Of a DNA stretch of 64,000 nt, positions 56,064 through 63,737 are shown one piece after another (position 1 is the stretch's first letter; each line of letters opens with the position of its first letter). Source of the DNA: a phage. The stretch lies in the sequence record NC_101838.1. One strand, 5' to 3'. The translations under genes and the position numbers were made by a program. The notes beneath the pieces are model-generated. The model saw only the letters and a list, made by a program, of their open reading frames with translations, was not told the origin of the DNA and searched no databases.

Positions 56064-56825
56064 TTAAAGTTCCATAAAGTTTTCTACAGTTTCAATAAAT
56101 GCTTTATCAGAGAAAGCGTCAACAGCACCGTTAAACCATACAGGGATCCCGCGATCCTCATATTGATAAAGGTCGCTACGTGAAATGCCACTTCCATCTG
56201 CACTCTGCGAGTCATACTTGTTTACAATCAGCAGTTTTGTGCCTTTACAAGTAGCAGGAAACAATTCCCAGTTAAAATTAATAACTGTGTTAGAACAACC
56301 TACTAGGATCACCATATCATTGCTTGTGAGAGATGTCAACAGGTCATACATGTCTGTATACTTAGGAGCAACCTCACCGAAGAACACTACATTGGGCTTA
56401 ACCCAGGTATACTTGCCTGTATCTACCTCCGTGTATCCGATATTTTTAATTACATCATTACCTTCAGCATCTTCGTAGGTGATTTCAGGCAAATACCCGT
56501 GGACATGTAAAATATCTTCATGTTTTACACCAGCACGCTCCAGCAAATCATCTACATTGGTGGTAAGGTTGATCACACGACCAGACCAGCGGGAATACCA
56601 CTCAGCGATCCGAAGATGTGCAAGGTTAGGATCAACACTGCCCAGAGCTACACGACGTGCATTGTAAAAGTCATGCACCTTATAGTAATTCTTGGCAAAG
56701 GTGTGGATGTTGCACACCTCATCGATGCTGAAATTCTCCCACATTGCAGTGCTACCAGATCGGAAAGTGGGAATACCAGATTCAGCGCTCAAACCAGCAC
56801 CGGAGATAATAATCAGTCGTCGCAT
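56064..56825 (-). CDS. Sir2-family (sirtuin-like) NAD-dependent enzyme lacking an obvious zinc ribbon
   Basis: ISGAGLSAESGIPTFRS (Rossmann/NAD motif), TTNVDDL, HVHG (catalytic His), VVFFGE, ILVGCSNTV; no CxxC...CxxC pairs seen. Confidence 0.8.
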   Translation of the reverse strand: MRRLIIISGAGLSAESGIPTFRSGSTAMWENFSIDEVCNIHTFAKNYYKVHDFYNARRVALGSVDPNLAHLRIAEWYSRWSGRVINLTTNVDDLLERAGVKHEDILHVHGYLPEITYEDAEGNDVIKNIGYTEVDTGKYTWVKPNVVFFGEVAPKYTDMYDLLTSLTSNDMVILVGCSNTVINFNWELFPATCKGTKLLIVNKYDSQSADGSGISRSDLYQYEDRGIPVWFNGAVDAFSDKAFIETVENFMEL

Positions 56826-56833
56826 AAGTGTCC

Positions 56834-57184
56834 TCAGTAGATGTTTTGTTTAATCTCTATTCCAAACTTCTTGAATGAGTCAGCAGCAAGCATAAATTTA
56901 CGAGCTGCCGATGGATTAGAAGTATGCACGAAAATAATCACGTTGTCAATAAGTGGTGGCTTTCCGAATACAAGTTTCTCCTCTAGCGCAGAGAAGCAGT
57001 CGTACCCTTCAAGCACTTCACCTAGATCATTGTCAAAATACCACTCAGATACGCGTCTGTAGAGCTTTCTCTTATCATTAAGAAAATCCATAAACTCAGA
57101 AGAATTCTTTAGCCACAGAGCGTCTGGGAGTCCATAATCTGACGGATCTCTAAAATCATCAAGCCACACAATCCACTTCTTCAT
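56834..57184 (-). CDS. hypothetical protein (116 aa)
   Basis: ORF between the RNA ligase and Sir2 genes; overlapping stop/start on both sides. Confidence 0.5.
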   Translation of the reverse strand: MKKWIVWLDDFRDPSDYGLPDALWLKNSSEFMDFLNDKRKLYRRVSEWYFDNDLGEVLEGYDCFSALEEKLVFGKPPLIDNVIIFVHTSNPSAARKFMLAADSFKKFGIEIKQNIY

Positions 57185-58116
57185 TGCATATAGTCCTCGT
57201 TGTGGAAATAGTAGTCCAGTATCTCACGACGCTCCTGCTCTAATAAGCAATTCCACACATCTTCTGTATAGTTGCTACGAATAAATTTTACCATACCGTA
57301 AAACTCTTCGTCAACACGTTTAAAGATATCATCATCCCAAATCTTCCAAGCTTTACCCCTCATTACTGCCTTCCGTGCCAGATAGTATGGAGACTTGATC
57401 TTCAGCTGCAGATCATAAGGGTAGTAAGGCTTACGAATCATATACCCTTCACCTCTTGTTTCTGCAGCTAATTCTTTTGCATAGCTGAACGGAATTTCAC
57501 GCACAGTGTTAGGACGTTTTGCACCAAGGTATTTGGCAATCCCATCTAAAGCTGCTTCTGGTAGCATTATTCCAGAATCATTATATCTGCAACCTATCAA
57601 ATATGCGCCATGGTCTTCTTGAACAATATGCGGATCTGAAGGGTGACAAATTTCAAACATGAATGTCATGTTTTCATTGCCCATAACCTTCTTGATAAGA
57701 TCTAAATTACCACATTGCTCTTGGATGGTTTCCTTTGCAAGGTTACAATATGGAGAATCAAGAGACCCGGTTGTTGAGAACAATAGGTCACCTTTATGAG
57801 ATGATACCACACCAAGGAATCCGTTCTTTTTCTCTACCGCAGTCACAAGCTTATTGTCAGGCAGGTTGGTGGAGTTTTCTCCCAAGTTAAACACTTTTGT
57901 GAAGGGCCATGCCACAACATTTCCTTCATTACCTACAACAATGCCTCGGCACTCCAGTAAACGAGGGGACAAATGCCATAAATTGTTGTAAAATACTTTT
58001 CTAGCATATTTATAGATCTTTAACCCGAGATCTGGGTAATACCTACTGGTTGCAAGACCTTTGTCAACTAGGTCGTCTGCATTAAAATACTTCATTATAT
58101 GTTCCTCATTTGTCAT
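57181..58116 (-). CDS. rnlA: RNA ligase, T4 Rnl1 (RnlA)-like
   Basis: LSPRLLECRGIVV and KVFNLGENSTNLP match recalled T4 Rnl1 segments (LPDALECRGIMF, KFFNLNENP); motif I VEKKNG (KxDG/NG) near residue 97, motif IV EGYMIRK, motif V KIKSP. Confidence 0.7.
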   Translation of the reverse strand: MTNEEHIMKYFNADDLVDKGLATSRYYPDLGLKIYKYARKVFYNNLWHLSPRLLECRGIVVGNEGNVVAWPFTKVFNLGENSTNLPDNKLVTAVEKKNGFLGVVSSHKGDLLFSTTGSLDSPYCNLAKETIQEQCGNLDLIKKVMGNENMTFMFEICHPSDPHIVQEDHGAYLIGCRYNDSGIMLPEAALDGIAKYLGAKRPNTVREIPFSYAKELAAETRGEGYMIRKPYYPYDLQLKIKSPYYLARKAVMRGKAWKIWDDDIFKRVDEEFYGMVKFIRSNYTEDVWNCLLEQERREILDYYFHNEDYMQ

Positions 58117-58159
58117 TTTGTCAGTCTATCCTGCCACACAAATAACTTAGTGTCAACAC

Positions 58160-58188
58160 TTGAAATTAACAAAACAGTTAGGTATACT
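58160..58188 (+). promoter_or_regulatory. sigma70-like promoter (TTGAAA-17-TATACT) in divergent intergenic region
   Basis: Hexamers upstream of the kinase gene; the minus-strand block starts 45 nt to the left. Confidence 0.5.
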
Positions 58189-58216
58189 ACCGTTGAAATT
58201 AAAACGGAGGGTCGCT

Positions 58217-58627
58217 ATGTCTAAAATGCTATATATCGTGCGTGGTCTACCAGGGTCTGGCAAATCAACACTGGCAAATGCGCTATCTTTAGAGGGTCTG
58301 TATCCACATTTTGAGAACGACATGTTCTGGTATGACGATGACGGCAATTACAACTGGGATGCAAGTAAAGTAACACTCGCAGCAAAATGGTGCAAAGATA
58401 ACGTAGAAGATATGATGCGTATGGGATACGACCGTATCGTGGTAAGTAATACGTTTACAAAAGAAAAACATGTGCAGGAATATGTTGACATGGCAATCAC
58501 TCATGGGTATAGTTATACCGTGATCGTGGTTGAAAACCGCCACGGTAATAAAAGCATTCATGATGTTCCAGACAAGGTTGTGGATCGTATGGAACGCCAG
58601 CTTAAAAACTGCATTAAACTTAAATGA
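58217..58627 (+). CDS. P-loop kinase, polynucleotide 5'-kinase-like
   Basis: Walker A LYIVRGLPGSGKSTLA resembles the T4 Pnk kinase N-terminus (GCPGSGKSTWA); ggagg SD; 136 aa. Confidence 0.6.
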   Translation: MSKMLYIVRGLPGSGKSTLANALSLEGLYPHFENDMFWYDDDGNYNWDASKVTLAAKWCKDNVEDMMRMGYDRIVVSNTFTKEKHVQEYVDMAITHGYSYTVIVVENRHGNKSIHDVPDKVVDRMERQLKNCIKLK

Positions 58628-58634
58628 GGAATGT

Positions 58635-59189
58635 ATGAAATACTTTGTAACAAGCGACACACACTTTCTCCACCAGCGGGTCATGGAGTTTGATTCATGT
58701 CAAAAACACAGATCTCAGTATGATCACAATCTTGACAGTATGAATGCGGGAATCATCACCAAGTGGAACTCTGTTGTGTCACCTGCAGACACTGTGTTCC
58801 ACTTGGGAGATATTGCATGCACTAATGATAAGAATATCAACAAATTGCTCCCAGATATTCTAAATATGTTGAACGGACATATTATTCTTGTTCGTGGCAA
58901 CCATGACACAAGGACGACTGTCAAAATTATGAAAGAGTTCGGTCATGAGGTTGTAGATTATTACGAGCTTCGCCACAACAAGAATTTGATCTGTATGAGC
59001 CATTACCAGTTTGCAAAGTGGAACAGAAAGCCTCACGGATCAGTCCAACTGTTCGGTCATGCTCACGGAACCACACAACAGTTGTTTGGCAGGCAGCTTG
59101 ATGTCGGTTGGGATGTGTGGGGGAGACTCTTACCATTAGAAGAGGCATACCGTATTGCAATGAGTTTTGATATTGACAGCAGGGAGTAA
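58635..59189 (+). CDS. calcineurin-like metallophosphoesterase
   Basis: Metallophosphatase motifs SDTHF, GDI, GNHD, GHAH in canonical order; starts 8 nt after the kinase stop. Confidence 0.7.
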   Translation: MKYFVTSDTHFLHQRVMEFDSCQKHRSQYDHNLDSMNAGIITKWNSVVSPADTVFHLGDIACTNDKNINKLLPDILNMLNGHIILVRGNHDTRTTVKIMKEFGHEVVDYYELRHNKNLICMSHYQFAKWNRKPHGSVQLFGHAHGTTQQLFGRQLDVGWDVWGRLLPLEEAYRIAMSFDIDSRE

Positions 59190-59236
59190 TCCCTGCTATT
59201 TTAAAGAAAATTGCCACACAAGGAGAATCAGGAGAT

Positions 59237-59587
59237 ATGAAAGATGGGGATAAGCTGCTATATCTTAAAGTCCCCCTTGAAATACTATCTATGTCAAAAG
59301 TTTTGAATGACACAACTGGGGAGGTTGTTGTTCTTGACTTGTATGACAAGATCGTATACTGCTACCTGCACAACTGGTATAAGCTTGGAGGAAATTCACG
59401 CTTCACACCAAGCACAAGGAAAATTGCAGCAGATGTTGGGATAAAGAAAACAAAAGCAGCAGCGTGCGTTAAAACTTTAGAATGTGCAGGAGTGGTTGAA
59501 ACATCCACACAAGGGAGAGGTAAAAGATGCACATTTTCCAAAGTTTTGCCACCAGAAGAAGTTATTCGGATGTCAACAACTGGTTAG
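59237..59587 (+). CDS. putative winged-helix DNA-binding protein (116 aa)
   Basis: STRKIAADVGIKKTKAAACVKTLECAGVV has helix-turn-helix character; followed by an iteron array. Confidence 0.45.
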   Translation: MKDGDKLLYLKVPLEILSMSKVLNDTTGEVVVLDLYDKIVYCYLHNWYKLGGNSRFTPSTRKIAADVGIKKTKAAACVKTLECAGVVETSTQGRGKRCTFSKVLPPEEVIRMSTTG

Positions 59588-59661
59588 ACCAGTAAAAACT
59601 TAAATATCTGTACTATAAGGATTCGTATGTTTTATGTTCGCCATGGAACGGATACTATTAA

Positions 59662-59725
59662 CTGTCCGTGATACGGACACATCTGCCCGTAATACGGACA
59701 CTAACTGTCCGTGATACGGACACAT
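59662..59725. repeat. three tandem palindromic iterons (GTCCGTnnnACGGAC core), about 21-bp period
   Basis: ctgtccgtgatacggacaca, ctgcccgtaatacggacac, ctgtccgtgatacggacacat; followed by an AT-rich tract and further palindromes to about 59850. Confidence 0.65.
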
Positions 59726-59879
59726 AAAGAATATAACTAAAATAACTAAATAATAAAAAATAAAAGATCTAGTACTTATGGTACTAAGTACATATACTTA
59801 ACTTATGTAGAATATACTAGATCCTAAGTACCATGTTTTAAATTTATTACTTACTATGGGCAGTGTCGGCCCTTCATTG

Positions 59880-60160
59880 GCACTCGCCTACGAGGGGCGA
59901 GATGCCGGGCCTCCTTGGTGCACACAATAACAGAAGTTCATACATGCAGGTCTGTTAACATGTGTGGGAGCGAAGCGATAGCGCAGGCCAAAGGCCGAGC
60001 ACTGATGTGGACCACCGACGAAAGCTTGCCAGCGCCGTAAGGAGTCGGTTGAGAGTCTCCCGCGCGAGCTTGGATGAAGTTTATGTGTGGAAACTGACAA
60101 GAAGGCCCCTAAATCGCTCCACAGCTATATAAACTATACCAGGTAATGCAATCGCACCAG
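59880..60160 (+). ncRNA. candidate structured RNA / GC-rich ORF-free island
   Basis: About 280 nt, conspicuously GC-rich and stem-forming, with no credible ORF; strand not established. Confidence 0.2.
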
Positions 60161-60226
60161 TTTGATAGAAAAGCTCGTTACAAAGCGATACAGTGAGTTT
60201 TTCTATAACTTGAAGAGGAGGCAGCT

Positions 60227-60805
60227 ATGGGTTCACGCAAAGATGACCGTGAAAAGATTGCAAAACGTTATCAGAATGAAGAACAGATGGAGAAAACTTT
60301 CAAGTGGAAGCCCGGTTTCCAGCGTAATCATTCTAACGCTCGTGATCGTAAGCATCCGGATAAGTGGCTAACACCGCCAAATGATGGCATGCAGGTTGGG
60401 GATGAGAAGGAGATGTCGCCTGGAAAAGATGGCAACTACATTCGCACTAAGGACGCTGGTCCAAAGGATGACAGCTATCTTGTAGATAAGGTTCTTGATG
60501 GTATCAATGTAGATGTTGACACTGCACGAAACCTTTTTCTTGGGTGGTATCGCACAGGTTTTTTCGACATCAAGGCTATTCGTCGTGTTTGTGATATTAA
60601 AAAGTCTGCATATGATGACGACTCGTTACATCGCACCCTGAGACAATATTCAGAAAGATATGGTCATCCGGTTATCACTCTTGACGATGTTAACGAAGTG
60701 ATGTATCATGCAGAGGTTGTTGCAGGAAGATTTGGTGATGCATATCTTGATATCCTTTCTGCAAAGGATGAGGTAATGTTAAATAAGATTTACTATGAAC
60801 GCTGA
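60227..60805 (+). CDS. hypothetical protein (192 aa)
   Basis: ORF with gaagaggagg SD 7 nt upstream. Confidence 0.55.
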   Translation: MGSRKDDREKIAKRYQNEEQMEKTFKWKPGFQRNHSNARDRKHPDKWLTPPNDGMQVGDEKEMSPGKDGNYIRTKDAGPKDDSYLVDKVLDGINVDVDTARNLFLGWYRTGFFDIKAIRRVCDIKKSAYDDDSLHRTLRQYSERYGHPVITLDDVNEVMYHAEVVAGRFGDAYLDILSAKDEVMLNKIYYER

Positions 60806-60815
60806 GGAGCGCTTA

Positions 60816-61004
60816 ATGAACAACCCGGTAGCAAAGAACTGTAATAAGTTCAACAAGTCTGCAATTCACACTGACAGGAAAAAGAGCTGGTCTCCTGACA
60901 TTGACGAGGAGCTTGAGAGTTACTTTGAAGACCTGGTCACTAATGCAGATGAGGTTGCGATTAAAGAATACGCAGACAGGAAGTATAAGGCCGGGATCTG
61001 TTGA
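60816..61004 (+). CDS. hypothetical protein (62 aa)
   Basis: Internal ATG with gaggag SD; the track ORF starts 21 nt upstream. Confidence 0.45.
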   Translation: MNNPVAKNCNKFNKSAIHTDRKKSWSPDIDEELESYFEDLVTNADEVAIKEYADRKYKAGIC

Positions 61005-61029
61005 CAAAAATAGTGTTACCTGATAAGAT
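61001..61029 (+). promoter_or_regulatory. sigma70-like promoter (TTGACA-17-TAAGAT)
   Basis: Hexamers upstream of the ORF at 61081. Confidence 0.45.
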
Positions 61030-61080
61030 CTGCAATATGATGTGATGCAATTTTAACTTACGAGGTCTACAGGTAATGCT

Positions 61081-61323
61081 ATGTTTAAGGTTAAGCTCGT
61101 TTTTCGTTCCATGAATGAGGATTATTTAGAAGATGAAGGTGAATTTCGTGCACTGGATGATGCAATAGATTTTGCCAACGACTTAGCTTGTATGAATACG
61201 GGTTATGGGCTATGCTGTTGGGATGGTGGTGTTCAGATCGGTGATAGCAAGATCTTCTACTTCTACCCTGAGCCTGATAACAAACAAATTAAGTATGTTT
61301 TATTTATTTGTGCTTTACAATGA
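61081..61323 (+). CDS. hypothetical acidic protein (80 aa)
   Basis: ORF downstream of promoter. Confidence 0.45.
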   Translation: MFKVKLVFRSMNEDYLEDEGEFRALDDAIDFANDLACMNTGYGLCCWDGGVQIGDSKIFYFYPEPDNKQIKYVLFICALQ

Positions 61324-61379
61324 GGTTGTTTTCGTGTATCATGATGAATATCCAATTTAAAGATGAATTTGATGGCTTT

Positions 61380-61610
61380 ATCTCCGGATGCTTTGAAACA
61401 GGGTTCGGAGAAGGCTGAGTTCCCCTTAGAGGGCTTGATAGTGCACCACACTTAAAATGGTAGGGGCAGCCAGCACATGACGATGTGACCCCAGCCAACC
61501 TGTAATAAGGTCGAGCCAAAGTGCGGTAATGGGCTCTGGTAACCCACTTGTTGGGTCTTGCTGGTCCAGGACGCTGGACAAGTCGCAGGGAATACCACCC
61601 TGCGGCGAAC
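61380..61610 (+). ncRNA. candidate structured RNA / second GC-rich ORF-free island
   Basis: About 230 nt GC-rich segment where only overlapping minus-strand pseudo-ORFs appear; strand not established. Confidence 0.2.
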
Positions 61611-61639
61611 TTGACAATCAGTATTTGCTATGATAAAAT
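61611..61639 (+). promoter_or_regulatory. sigma70-like promoter (TTGACA-17-TAAAAT)
   Basis: Hexamers upstream of the ORF at 61668. Confidence 0.5.
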
Positions 61640-61667
61640 CCACCTATCACGTGATAATGGAGGAAAC

Positions 61668-62006
61668 ATGGCGGATACAACTAAAAAGCGTCGCCGTAGA
61701 GGCAGACCTCTGAAAGAGGAGTCCAACGCCATTCAGCTAGAGAAGAACATCCTTGATATGAAGGAATCTTTTATAGCGATGGTTCCAGAAGCTCACAAAG
61801 TTTTAAGAGAGCTGATGTTGGACCCGAAAACCAAACAAAATATTCGTCAAAGCATTGCAGAGTATGTTCTTGATAAGGCAGACCGAATGCAGGAAGAATA
61901 TGATGAGATGTTTGGTGAAGAGGAAGAGGTGGTAGTAGAAGAGGCTGAAAAACCAGCACCTTTTATGCCATTCACCACAGAAATACAGCCTGTTGGCAAT
62001 AGTTAA
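61668..62006 (+). CDS. hypothetical protein with basic AT-hook-like N-terminus (112 aa)
   Basis: Internal ATG with aatggaggaaac SD; KKRRRRGRPLKEE N-terminus, acidic C-terminus. Confidence 0.5.
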   Translation: MADTTKKRRRRGRPLKEESNAIQLEKNILDMKESFIAMVPEAHKVLRELMLDPKTKQNIRQSIAEYVLDKADRMQEEYDEMFGEEEEVVVEEAEKPAPFMPFTTEIQPVGNS

Positions 62007-62015
62007 AATATTTTC

Positions 62016-62044
62016 TTGACAAACTTTGCTTAACAGTGTAATAT
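62016..62044 (+). promoter_or_regulatory. sigma70-like promoter for the tRNA cluster (TTGACA-17-TAATAT)
   Basis: Consensus hexamers about 60 nt upstream of the first tRNA. Confidence 0.55.
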
Positions 62045-62102
62045 TGTAAACATGGTCTCCCACCTTTTCTGGCGGCTAAGGTGTAAAAGAAAGCCACCCA
62101 GT

Positions 62103-62177
62103 GCCCTGTTAGCTTAGTGGATAAAGCAGCGGCCTTCTAAGCCGTTGACACTGGTTCGAGTCCAGTACGGGGTGCCA
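62103..62177 (+). tRNA. tRNA-Arg (anticodon UCU)
   Basis: Manual cloverleaf fold: 7-bp acceptor, D-arm agtggata, anticodon loop cuUCUaa, T-loop ttcgagt, encoded CCA. Confidence 0.85.
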
Positions 62178-62181
62178 AATT

Positions 62182-62268
62182 GGGGAGTTATCCCGTAGAG
62201 GTAGCGGTGTAGACTGTAAATCTATTGTCATTGCGACTCGGGTGGTTCGACTCCACCACTCCCCACCA
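62182..62268 (+). tRNA. tRNA-Tyr (anticodon GUA)
   Basis: Perfect 7-bp acceptor (ggggagt/actcccc), anticodon loop cuGUAaa, long variable arm, T-loop ttcgact, encoded CCA. Confidence 0.8.
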
Positions 62269-62382
62269 AATTTATATTTTTAGATGCATAAATAATACAG
62301 ATAATGGCATTGATATTTATCGTCGTTTATACTAGTCACTAACTGCTCGAAAATCAGTGTCATTATCAGTATTATTTATAAA

Positions 62383-62473
62383 GGAGGGTAGGGAGCAATG
62401 GTGCTCAAGCGGTCTTGAAAACCGTCCCGTTGAGGATGACTCGATGATGGTTCGATTCCATTACTCTCCGCCA
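62383..62473 (+). tRNA. tRNA-Ser (anticodon UGA)
   Basis: Acceptor ggagggt/actctcc, anticodon loop cuUGAaa, long variable arm, T-loop ttcgatt, encoded CCA. Confidence 0.8.
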
Positions 62474-62571
62474 CATTGTTGACCTTGTAATTAAGCGAAA
62501 GTCGGAAGCAGAACCGGATTATCAAATGTTACAGTCGTCATCGCCGACTAGCAACATGGTCAACATACTGA

Positions 62572-62670
62572 GCTAGGTAAGCCCTTTGGCAAGGGCGAGG
62601 ATTTTTAATCCTGAAAATAGACGAGGTAGTCGTTGAATACATAGGTGGTTCGATTCCATCACCTAGCACC
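62572..62670 (+). ncRNA. aberrant tRNA-like element (about 97 nt) lacking a canonical anticodon arm
   Basis: Good acceptor (gctaggt/acctagc), D-arm and T-arm (ggtgg-ttcgatt-ccatc), but the region between holds two 5-bp/5-nt-loop hairpins instead of a 7-nt anticodon loop. Confidence 0.35.
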
Positions 62671-62675
62671 TTTTT

Positions 62676-62751
62676 GCTGATGTAGCACAATCGGTAGTGC
62701 AATTGATTTGTAATCAATAGGTTGTAGGTTCAAGTCCTGCCATCAGCACCA
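62676..62751 (+). tRNA. tRNA-Thr (anticodon UGU)
   Basis: Acceptor gctgatg/catcagc, anticodon stem attga/tcaat with loop uuUGUaa, encoded CCA. Confidence 0.8.
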
Positions 62752-62752
62752 A

Positions 62753-62827
62753 GGCCCTGTAGCTGGAAGGTTCAAGCAAGCGACTCATAATCGCCAGACG
62801 GTGGTTCAATTCCACCCAGGGCCACCA
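62753..62827 (+). tRNA. tRNA with CAU anticodon (Met or lysidine-Ile)
   Basis: Acceptor ggccctg/cagggcc, anticodon loop cuCAUaa, T-loop ttcaatt, encoded CCA. Confidence 0.75.
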
Positions 62828-62838
62828 AATAGTAAATA

Positions 62839-62915
62839 CTCCGCGTAGCTCAGCTTGGTAGAGCGCCTGATTTGGGATCAGGAGGTCGAGTGTTCGAATC
62901 ACTCCGTGGAGACCA
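62839..62915 (+). tRNA. tRNA-Pro (anticodon UGG)
   Basis: Acceptor ctccgcg/cgtggag, canonical D-arm agctcagcttggtagagc, anticodon loop uuUGGga, T-loop ttcgaat, encoded CCA. Confidence 0.85.
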
Positions 62916-62963
62916 CTTTCAGTTATACTTTAAACATATATATAAACAAAAGGAACCTTTAAA

Positions 62964-63233
62964 ATGTATACACTTAAAATTGTAGAGCGTGTAAATCCAA
63001 CTCATACCGTAGATTTTCGTGACGATTTCAATCCTCTGGCTGTAAATCTTCGAGAGTCATATCATGAACTCAGCTGCGATGCAGTGGTGGTCTTTTTTGA
63101 AGACAACTCTGAAGGGGCGGTAGCTTGTGTTGTTGATAGTGAGCAGAAGTTTTATATTTACAGAGATGTAGATGCATACTTGATGAATGAAAACGCAGTT
63201 ACTGTTAGAATCATCCACCGAGTGCCTCGATAA
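62964..63233 (+). CDS. hypothetical protein (89 aa)
   Basis: ORF after the tRNA cluster; followed by a terminator. Confidence 0.5.
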   Translation: MYTLKIVERVNPTHTVDFRDDFNPLAVNLRESYHELSCDAVVVFFEDNSEGAVACVVDSEQKFYIYRDVDAYLMNENAVTVRIIHRVPR

Positions 63234-63285
63234 GTATTAGTCTCCTTTTAGTTAGTTTCGATCTATTTAGGTTACTCAATTTTAA

Positions 63286-63320
63286 CCCGCCCCGTTAGCT
63301 GTATAGCTGCGGGGTTTTTT
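63286..63320 (+). terminator. intrinsic terminator
   Basis: Hairpin ccccgttagctgtatagctgcgggg followed by ttttttcgttt. Confidence 0.65.
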
Positions 63321-63338
63321 CGTTTCTGGAGCCTTAAA

Positions 63339-63737
63339 ATGATTTCAGGTTTAACATGGCTGAGTAGGTATAGAGGGATCATAAAAGGTTTAGTTTTTGC
63401 AGCGGCTATAGGTACAGCTTATCTTGGGGCCGTGTATTGGTTTAACTCTAAGCTTAATGAAGCCTACCAAGAAGGTGTGTTAGCAACAGAGTTGAAGTGG
63501 GAACGGATCCTTGATCAGCAACAAAAGCAGGCCGACAAAATTAAAATGGGCCACGCAGAGGAGGTTAAAAACCTTGAAAAATCTCTTTCTGATCTACAGG
63601 ATAAATTAAATATAGCTGAGAGGGCAGGTAGAGAAAAGCAGATTATCTACCTCCAATCACCTGAAGGTAAGAAGTCAACACTTCCTGATCAGCTTATAGA
63701 TATTTATAATGAGAGTATCAATCAGGAGGATCGATGA
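63339..63737 (+). CDS. putative i-spanin (Rz-like)
   Basis: N-terminal transmembrane helix (GLVFAAAIGTAYLGAVYWF) then charged coiled-coil region; stop overlaps next start (ATGA). Confidence 0.55.
   Translation: MISGLTWLSRYRGIIKGLVFAAAIGTAYLGAVYWFNSKLNEAYQEGVLATELKWERILDQQQKQADKIKMGHAEEVKNLEKSLSDLQDKLNIAERAGREKQIIYLQSPEGKKSTLPDQLIDIYNESINQEDR

Noticed and set aside
59888-60100. Minus-strand ORF of 70 aa in the first GC-rich island
   Set aside because: Arg/Ser/Pro-rich low-complexity translation in a block otherwise transcribed on the plus strand; more consistent with structured RNA or spacer than protein.
61263-61643. Four overlapping minus-strand ORFs (61263..61451, 61304..61519, 61426..61617, 61452..61643)
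   Set aside because: Mutually overlapping frames in a GC-rich segment indicate absence of stops by composition, not coding; no SD motifs.
62572-62670. Calling this element tRNA-Lys (UUU)
   Set aside because: A UUU triplet can be placed in a 7-nt loop only by accepting a mismatched stem and a 30-nt variable region; the better-paired alternative has a 5-nt loop, so a canonical tRNA call is not justified.
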